Source: Candidatus Iainarchaeum sp. (GTDB taxonomy: Archaea > Iainarchaeota > Iainarchaeia > Iainarchaeales > 0-14-0-20-34-12). From it: a DNA stretch of 32,000 bases. The position numbers and the translations under genes were made by a program. Location of the stretch: the NCBI GenBank assembly GCA_030649345.1, contig JAUSKK010000029.1, positions 1-32,000 of the forward strand. The letters run 5' to 3'. Below the pieces are notes generated by a model. The model made no database searches. It saw only the letters and a list, made by a program, of their open reading frames with translations, and was not told the origin of the DNA. Positions 24,314 through 30,291 of the stretch are shown one piece after another; positions within the stretch are counted from its first letter, which is position 1; every line of letters begins with the position of its first letter.

Positions 24314-26794
24314 ATGACGCATAACCAAAAATTCTTAATTAGTTTAGCTATTTTAGTAGTTTTGTTTTCTTTGACTGCTTTGGCTCAAGATCAACCACCT
24401 GTAGAAGGAGGAGATACACCACCAACAGATCAAGGACCACCGCCAACAGATCAACCACCAATTGAGGATCATCCACTGGAAGGCGGAGAACAACCACCTG
24501 CAGATCAACAAAGACCACCTGAAGGACAGAATCCTGAAGGAGACCCTAATTACAGACCACCAGAAGGACAAGGGCCTTATCCAGGACAAGATGGACAACA
24601 ACCTCCATTTGATCAAGGAAGACAACCTGAAGGACAAAATTTTCAAAGACCAACTACAGGCCCAGGTAACTGTCAAGGACAAGAACAATGCCAATTATAT
24701 TGTGGAGTACACCCAGAGGAATGCCAACAATGGGCTGGCCAACAAGGAGTTCAAAGACAAGGCCCAATGAATGGAGGCCAAGGCTATGGATCTGAAAGAA
24801 GATCCGGCGGAATTGGTGGACCTCAATGTGGAACACCCGAAGAATGTAGAGGTTTAGCTCAAGAATTTGGTGTTGCAAATAGTATTGGAGTACGAACAGG
24901 ACCTAGCGGATGCACCAGTGAAGAAGAATGTAAAAAAATATTTGATGAAAACCCACAAGAAGTTAGGCAATGGGCTCAACAAAATGGAATGATTGAACAC
25001 AAGGGACAATTTATTGAAGCACGCGCCGGACCCGGCGGATGTTCAAGTCCAGAAGAATGTATGACTTATTGTAGAGAAAATCCAGAATCCTGTGATCAAT
25101 TTGCTGGAAGAAGAGGACAAGGATTTGAACAAGCATTTAATAAAATTGAACAAAGAGATCAACGAAAAGAAATGCAACAAGAGCGCAGAAAAGAAATGCG
25201 ATTTGAAGGAATTCCACGCGAAATAATTGAAGCTGGAGCAGAAACAGAATTTGTTCAAATGATGGCAGCCATGGCTAAATTCAGAACCCAGCGATTGCTA
25301 ACTGAATTGGATAAAATGGAAGAACGCATTTCATTGGCTGGAACAGAATTAGGAATCCAAATCGATGGAAGCAAATTTTCAGAAATGAAAACAAAAATTG
25401 AAACTGCATTAAATGATTTAGGAAATGTAACCAATGCAGAAGAAGCCAATGCAAAAATGAAAGCTTTCTTTGAAATCATGGAAGGACCCAATGGAGTTCA
25501 AGGAGTATTTGAAAACTTTGGACAACAAATGCAAGAAAAAGTACAAGTATTGTTTGATGAAAAATTCAAACGAATGCAAACATTGCAAGAACAAATGAAA
25601 AACAAAGAACAAGAATGTAGAACTGCTGGAGACCAAATGAGACAACAACAAGAACAAAATATGCAGCAGCAAAGACAACAACAAGATGAACAGTTTAGAA
25701 CTCAGGATGAAGAAAGAAGAAGACAATACGAAGAACAAATGAGAAATCAACAAGGACAATACCCTCAAGGCGGAGATCCAAATTATAGACCACCAGAAGG
25801 ACAAGGACCTTACCCAGGCGATGGTGGACAGTACCCTCAAGGAGGAAGTTATCCTGAAGGAAGCATGCCACCAGAAGGCGGAGATTATCAGCCACCTCCA
25901 GAACAACCACCAGCCAGCAATGCAACTGCTCAACCAATTGTAATACAATTGCAAGAATTTCCAGGACCTCAAGGACCTGGCCCCAATGATTTCGGCGGAG
26001 GCTTTCCAGACGGACCCATGAACGGCGGTCCTTATGACAGCGGACAAGGATTTGGCGGACCTCAAGGACCCGGCGGATTTGGAGATGGAGAAATGCCAGC
26101 AGCTTGTCAAGAAATGCAAACACTTGGAACTGAAATGCAAGCTATTGGAGAAGAAATGAAAGCTTTAGGAGAAAAAGTACAAGGCGTATTTGGAAAACCT
26201 GAAGACCATGAGCAAGACTTTGAAGAAGAGCCTTTGCCTCCTGAATTAATTGAACAGCAAGCGCAATTGTTCATCAAAGTATTTGATTTCAAATTCAATG
26301 GAATCAAACAAAAACGAGATGAAATTGCAGGCCAAGGATTCGATGTAAAAGAATTCGATGAATTAATTGCATGGATTATTTCCAGAAAAGAAGAAGGACT
26401 CAGAATTATTCGTTCTGGAGATGAAGAAAAAATGGATGAATTCTTCAATAGCATGGGAGATTCTCAATTTGACTGGGAAGATAGAATCCGAGATTCTATT
26501 GCACGACAACAATTGGAAAAACAAATTTCCAAAGTTGAAGAATTTTTACCCAAAGCCCAAGAAGCCATTAATGCAGGAAAAGAACGAGGTTTAGATACCA
26601 GTGACTTGGAAGAAATTTACGGGGAATTGAAAGGATTGGTTGAAAATGCACGTGCACAATTAAGCCAAGGAAAAGAAATTTCTCTGCAAGATTTCAGACT
26701 ACAATTACGAGAAGTGTATCTGAATTTCCGAGAAGAATGGGTTAGCTTACGAGAAGAAGCTGCAAGAACAGGATTAATTGTACTGGCAAGGTGA
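24314..26794 (+). CDS. Secreted Pro/Gln/Gly-rich coiled-coil protein with four CxxxEEC-type motifs (826 aa), unknown function
   Basis: Signal peptide MTHNQKFLISLAILVVLFSLTALA. There are low-complexity P/Q/G/E tracts. Four related Cys motifs are present: GNCQGQEQCQLYCGVHPEECQQWA, PQCGTPEECRGLA, SGCTSEEECKKIFDENPQEVRQWA and GGCSSPEECMTYCRENPESCDQFA. Long Glu/Gln/Lys/Met-rich helical stretches follow, and there is no C-terminal anchor. Confidence 0.8.
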   Translation: MTHNQKFLISLAILVVLFSLTALAQDQPPVEGGDTPPTDQGPPPTDQPPIEDHPLEGGEQPPADQQRPPEGQNPEGDPNYRPPEGQGPYPGQDGQQPPFDQGRQPEGQNFQRPTTGPGNCQGQEQCQLYCGVHPEECQQWAGQQGVQRQGPMNGGQGYGSERRSGGIGGPQCGTPEECRGLAQEFGVANSIGVRTGPSGCTSEEECKKIFDENPQEVRQWAQQNGMIEHKGQFIEARAGPGGCSSPEECMTYCRENPESCDQFAGRRGQGFEQAFNKIEQRDQRKEMQQERRKEMRFEGIPREIIEAGAETEFVQMMAAMAKFRTQRLLTELDKMEERISLAGTELGIQIDGSKFSEMKTKIETALNDLGNVTNAEEANAKMKAFFEIMEGPNGVQGVFENFGQQMQEKVQVLFDEKFKRMQTLQEQMKNKEQECRTAGDQMRQQQEQNMQQQRQQQDEQFRTQDEERRRQYEEQMRNQQGQYPQGGDPNYRPPEGQGPYPGDGGQYPQGGSYPEGSMPPEGGDYQPPPEQPPASNATAQPIVIQLQEFPGPQGPGPNDFGGGFPDGPMNGGPYDSGQGFGGPQGPGGFGDGEMPAACQEMQTLGTEMQAIGEEMKALGEKVQGVFGKPEDHEQDFEEEPLPPELIEQQAQLFIKVFDFKFNGIKQKRDEIAGQGFDVKEFDELIAWIISRKEEGLRIIRSGDEEKMDEFFNSMGDSQFDWEDRIRDSIARQQLEKQISKVEEFLPKAQEAINAGKERGLDTSDLEEIYGELKGLVENARAQLSQGKEISLQDFRLQLREVYLNFREEWVSLREEAARTGLIVLAR

Positions 26795-26798
26795 AAGA

Positions 26799-27017
26799 AT
26801 GAATAAAATGATGACAGGAATGGTAATTGGTTTAGTTTTAATTTTAGTTTTAGCTGGGTGCACTGCACCTGCAGAAGAAAGAAAAGGAATTGATAAATTT
26901 AATGAACCGTTACCAGACTTAGATGATGACGATGGAGCTACAGACGTCAACATTGACTTAGATTTAGGATCTATCGCCAACCCAATCCCAGGCAGTCTTT
27001 CAACAGGACAAGAATAA
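26799..27017 (+). CDS. Small acidic lipoprotein-like protein (72 aa)
   Basis: ATG 26799 lies 5 nt after the upstream stop. MNKMMTGMVIGLVLILVLAGCTAP gives a signal peptide with an L-A-G-C lipobox. The tail is acidic (PDLDDDDGATDVNIDLDLG). Confidence 0.5.
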   Translation: MNKMMTGMVIGLVLILVLAGCTAPAEERKGIDKFNEPLPDLDDDDGATDVNIDLDLGSIANPIPGSLSTGQE

Positions 27018-27026
27018 AAAAATAAT

Positions 27027-28121
27027 TTATTTTTGTAAAAAAACAGTTTGAGTTGGAAAAGCAAATTGAATTCCTGCTTTTTCAAACTCTTCTTTTATTT
27101 TCATATTCACTTCATGCTTTACTTGTTTCCAATTTTGAACATCCACAATCGGAATAACCACTTGCAAGTTTAAAGAAAATTCTTTAAAATCCAAAAAATT
27201 AGCTTGCGCATCTGGAGCATTGCATTTTGGATGCTTTCCAATTACAGTTAAAACAATGCTGCGTGCTTTTTCTAAATTAACATTGCTGGTAGAATAAGTT
27301 AAACCCAATTCCAAAAATTCTTTTCGGATTTTTGTTCTGGATAAATTAATAATTTGAGCACTGGCAATTTCGCTATTGGAAACAGTAACTAGAAAATTAT
27401 TTCGATTCCGAATTCGGGTATACCGCAAGCCAATTTCTTCTACTTTGCCTGAGACAGATTTGTCTCCAAGTTCAATATTGTCTCCGACAAAAAAAGGCTT
27501 GGATGTAAAAATACTTAAGCCGCCAAACATATCGGCAATGGTTTTTTGTGCAGCAAAAGCAAAAGCCAAGCCGCCAATTCCTAAACCAGCAATCAATGCA
27601 GTTACATCGTATCCAAATGACGAAACAATCATTAGCAAGGCAATCAGAATTACAAAAACTTTCGATAACCTTTGGATTAATGGAACCAATTGATCATCCA
27701 ATTCGCTTTTAGTTTTTGCAGTCAAAGGTTTAACAAAATGAGTTACAATCGAGTCAATGATTTGTAAAACAACTCGGACAGCAAACAAAATTCCTGCAAT
27801 AGAAAGAATTTTGTAAAAAGTATTTGAAACAAATAAATCTTGAATTTCTAAAAACTGAAATCCAACATACAAGCTTAACAAGATACAAAAATAAAAAACA
27901 GACTTGCCTGCAATTTCAATAATGGCATCATCAAATTGGTTTTCGGTTTTGGCTGCTAATTTTGCACCGTAATGTTTCAGCCAAAAAGTTAAAACTTTGC
28001 CAACCACAGCACCGGCTAAAATAACTGCAAAAAAAACCAAAAAATGATAAACTGAAATTCCAAAAGAAGATTGATTTAACAGATTTTCGAAATTAACTTG
28101 CAAAACATTAAAACCAGCCAT
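27027..28121 (-). CDS. mscS: MscS-family small-conductance mechanosensitive channel
   Basis: There are four N-terminal TM helices. The MscS pore helix plus beta-domain pattern follows: IGGLAFAFAAQKTIADMFGGLSIFTSKPFFVGDNIELGD..SGKVEEIGLRYTRIRNRNN.LVTVSNSEI. ATG 28121 is preferred to the ORF-track TTG 28136. Confidence 0.85.
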   Translation of the reverse strand: MAGFNVLQVNFENLLNQSSFGISVYHFLVFFAVILAGAVVGKVLTFWLKHYGAKLAAKTENQFDDAIIEIAGKSVFYFCILLSLYVGFQFLEIQDLFVSNTFYKILSIAGILFAVRVVLQIIDSIVTHFVKPLTAKTKSELDDQLVPLIQRLSKVFVILIALLMIVSSFGYDVTALIAGLGIGGLAFAFAAQKTIADMFGGLSIFTSKPFFVGDNIELGDKSVSGKVEEIGLRYTRIRNRNNFLVTVSNSEIASAQIINLSRTKIRKEFLELGLTYSTSNVNLEKARSIVLTVIGKHPKCNAPDAQANFLDFKEFSLNLQVVIPIVDVQNWKQVKHEVNMKIKEEFEKAGIQFAFPTQTVFLQK

Positions 28122-28146
28122 AAATAGTCTCTTCAACCTAAAACTA

Positions 28147-28229
28147 TTTAAAATCGCTTGATTTGCGATTTTAAAAACTTCAAAATTGAATGCAATTTTG
28201 AATCTATTTAAAATCCAGTGGATTTTAAA
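28147..28229. repeat. Three adjacent perfect palindromes in the mscS / rpoH spacer
   Basis: Read directly from the sequence. The first is TTTAAAATCGC-N7-GCGATTTTAAA (28147-28175). The second is TTCAAAATTG-aatg-CAATTTTGAA (28179-28202). The third is TTTAAAATCCA-g-TGGATTTTAAA (28207-28229). The first and third are each preceded by CTA, giving a 12-nt direct repeat CTATTTAAAATC spaced 60 bp apart. Confidence 0.7.
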
Positions 28230-28442
28230 AATTTTAAAACTAAAAGTTTACAGTTTGTTTAAAAATGCCAAAAAACATATTTATTGGAGGTATTTGTCCG
28301 AAAACAGTGGTGCTGAAACTGAGTATTCGCACAGTCTAAGTAAACCTAAGTTTAAGTCAAGCACACGGGTTGTTTTAAATTTCTTTCTATTATTAGTATA
28401 TTAGTTCGAATTGGTAAGCTTGTTTTTTCCGAGGAATTTTAA

Positions 28443-28676
28443 GTGGCTATAAAAATCGATACTCATAATCTTGTTCCAAAGCATGTTATAATGCCTAAGG
28501 AAACACTTTCTGAGCTTTTATCTAAACTGCAAGTGGATAGCACTGAGCAATTACCGATTATTTTACGAAACGATCCATCCATTAAACGATTAAAGCCAGA
28601 AAAAGGCGATATTATTAAAATCAGCCGAAAAAGCCTGACTGCTGGAAGTTATACTTATTATAGGGTTGTGCGATGA
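28443..28676 (+). CDS. rpoH: DNA-directed RNA polymerase subunit H (Rpo5)
   Basis: 77 aa with a GTG start. HNLVPKHVIMPKETLSELLSKLQV...LPIILRNDPSIKRLKPEKGDIIKISRKS...YYRVV is the RpoH/Rpb5 C-domain pattern. Its stop overlaps the rpoB'' start (ATGA at 28673). Confidence 0.9.
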   Translation: MAIKIDTHNLVPKHVIMPKETLSELLSKLQVDSTEQLPIILRNDPSIKRLKPEKGDIIKISRKSLTAGSYTYYRVVR

Positions 28677-30139
28677 CTGATAAATGGCCTTTATTGGATT
28701 CCTATTTCAGGACCAAAAGCTTTGTAGACCAAGAAATTGCTAGTTTTGACCAATTTGTAGAAGAAAAAATGCCTGAAATTTTGGAAGAAAACAAAGAAAT
28801 TGCCCCAAAAATTGAAGAAGTTCGAATTGAATTAAGCGACATTGAAGTATTAAAACCTAGAATTATTGAAGTCGATGGTTCGCCTAGAAATGATTTTTAT
28901 CCAGTAGAAGCAAGATTGCGAAACAGAACCTATTCTGGTCCTTTGTATATTACTATGAAATTGTACAGAAGAGATGTAGAACAAGATGTACGCCGAACGT
29001 ATATCGGGGAATTACCCATTATGACCAAATCTAAGTTATGCTGGTTAAATGGAAAAACCGAAGATGAATTAATTGGCTTAGGCGAAGACCCAATGGACTT
29101 TGGCGGATATTTCATTATTAATGGAGCAGAAAAAGCATTAATGACTCAAGAAGTTTTATCCAGTGACCGAGTTCTAATTTCCAAAACAGGCAAAGATGAT
29201 GTACGTGCTGAAGTGATTAGTACTCGCGGTGCCTTCAAAGGAAAAGTTAGTGTCAACAGAAAAAACAATGGTTCTTTGAGTGTAAGCTTTCCAGCCAGTC
29301 CAAAAAAATTACGTTTATTTGTTTTAATGAAAGCTTTGGGTTTGGATACTAAAGAAAAAATAATGAATGCTTTTACTCCAGGAAAAGAAATTGAAAACGA
29401 TATTTTAGTAAATTTAGAAAGCTTGGATGTAGAAAGTGTAGAAGATGCTTTAGATCGAATTGGAAAATATGTTGCACCCGGACAAGTTATTGATTATAGA
29501 TTAAGAAGAGCGCAAGAAATTTTAGATGGATTCTTATTACCCCACATTGGTCAAACCAAAGAAGACAGACTAGCTAAAGCGTATTATTTGGGAATGATGG
29601 CCAGCAAAGCAGTTGAACGATACCATGGCTTACGTGAAGAAGATGACAAAGATCATTATGCCAACAAACGTTTAGAATTAAGTGGAAAATTAATGGAACA
29701 CTTATTTAGGTATGCTTTCAAATATTTAATTAAAGACTTAAAATTCCAAATTGACAGAACTATTACCCGAAGAAGAAAATTAAACATTAGCACTATTGTT
29801 CGACCGGATGCCATTACTGAAAGAATTCGGTTTGCTATGAGTACAGGAAACTGGATTGGACGAGCTTCCGGAGTTAGTAAATTTATGGATCGAGTCAATT
29901 ACTTGAGTCCTTTAACCGATATGCGAAAAATTAAAAGTTCATTAAACAAAAACAGAGAATTATACGAAGCCAGAGATGTTCATGGAACTCACTGGGGACG
30001 AGTTGGAGCAATTGAAACACCCGACGGCCCAAATTGTGGTTTAGTAAAAAATTTAGCCATTTTAGCTCGAGTAACTACAGATTCCAAAATTTTACCAGTT
30101 GAAGAATTATTAAAATCTAGAGGAGTAAAACTAGAATAA
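28673..30139 (+). CDS. rpoB2: DNA-directed RNA polymerase subunit B'' (N-terminal half of split Rpo2)
   Basis: 488 aa. The conserved blocks are LPIMTKSKLCWL, DFGGYFIINGAEKALMTQE, DDKDHYANKRLELSG and ARDVHGTHWGRVGAIETPDGPNCGLVKNLA. The position after rpoH is the canonical archaeal order. Confidence 0.92.
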   Translation: MTDKWPLLDSYFRTKSFVDQEIASFDQFVEEKMPEILEENKEIAPKIEEVRIELSDIEVLKPRIIEVDGSPRNDFYPVEARLRNRTYSGPLYITMKLYRRDVEQDVRRTYIGELPIMTKSKLCWLNGKTEDELIGLGEDPMDFGGYFIINGAEKALMTQEVLSSDRVLISKTGKDDVRAEVISTRGAFKGKVSVNRKNNGSLSVSFPASPKKLRLFVLMKALGLDTKEKIMNAFTPGKEIENDILVNLESLDVESVEDALDRIGKYVAPGQVIDYRLRRAQEILDGFLLPHIGQTKEDRLAKAYYLGMMASKAVERYHGLREEDDKDHYANKRLELSGKLMEHLFRYAFKYLIKDLKFQIDRTITRRRKLNISTIVRPDAITERIRFAMSTGNWIGRASGVSKFMDRVNYLSPLTDMRKIKSSLNKNRELYEARDVHGTHWGRVGAIETPDGPNCGLVKNLAILARVTTDSKILPVEELLKSRGVKLE

Positions 30140-30230
30140 GGAGAGGGTCAGGATTACCCTAAAACTGGGGAGAACCTTGGTTCTCCGCGGTTTGGAATTA
30201 TTAAAATCTAGAGGAGTCAAATTAGAGTAA
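30104..30230 (+). repeat. 36-nt direct repeat (30104-30139 and 30195-30230, 33/36 identical) flanking a 55-nt GC-rich two-hairpin element (30140-30194)
   Basis: Both copies encode ELLKSRGVKLE-stop. The three mismatches are GTA/GTC, CTA/TTA and GAA/GAG, all synonymous. By hand count the insert has 30 G+C in 55 nt, against the AT-rich background. It folds as AGGGT-caggatt-ACCCT (30144-30160) and GGAGAAC-cttg-GTTCTCC (30169-30186). Confidence 0.85.
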
Positions 30231-30291
30231 AAAAATTATATTGATTAAAGAAAATTATATTTAAAGAAAAATATTTGTGTTGTGAAAATGT

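Noticed and set aside
24539-25819. The duplicated 48-nt segment considered as a diversity-generating retroelement template/variable repeat pair
   Set aside because: There is no reverse transcriptase in the window. The six differences are all synonymous and are not adenine-specific (C/T, T/A, G/A and A/C changes), the opposite of DGR mutagenesis.
25418-26140. 240-aa and 142-aa minus-strand ORFs (25418-26140, 25695-26123), and other antisense ORFs (24353-24694, 25043-25491, 26107-26454), inside the 826-aa secreted-protein gene
   Set aside because: They mirror a low-complexity, codon-biased Gln/Glu/Pro/Gly gene. Their translations are Leu/Ser/Phe/Trp-rich nonsense with no start context. The plus-strand ORF has a signal peptide, conserved motifs and selection-type (synonymous) repeat divergence.
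28207-28229. Calling the palindrome region a replication origin outright
   Set aside because: There is only one ORB-like dyad, no orc1/cdc6 gene in the window and no GGGG-type ORB extension. AT-rich TATA-like palindromes are expected near promoters. It is kept as a low-confidence hypothesis only.
28186-28404. 72-aa ORF in the mscS-rpoH spacer, and a slightly GC-richer stretch at ~28300-28385 examined as a possible sRNA (H/ACA or C/D)
   Set aside because: The ORF reads through the palindromes, has a TTG-type start and has no coding-like composition. In the GC-richer stretch I found no C/D boxes with proper spacing, no convincing hairpin-ACA architecture and no tRNA-like arms. It is left unannotated.
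30104-30230. The rpoB'' tail duplication interpreted as a bulge-helix-bulge mRNA intron, or as efficient +1 frameshifting
   Set aside because: For the intron reading, the two junctions are direct repeats rather than complementary sequences, so no BHB helix can form between them. For frameshifting, the P-site codon GAA cannot re-pair well on the +1 codon AAU, unlike known +1 sites. Both remain only low-probability alternatives to a recombination or insertion scar. The synonymous-only differences can also arise if all changes happened in the selected functional copy.
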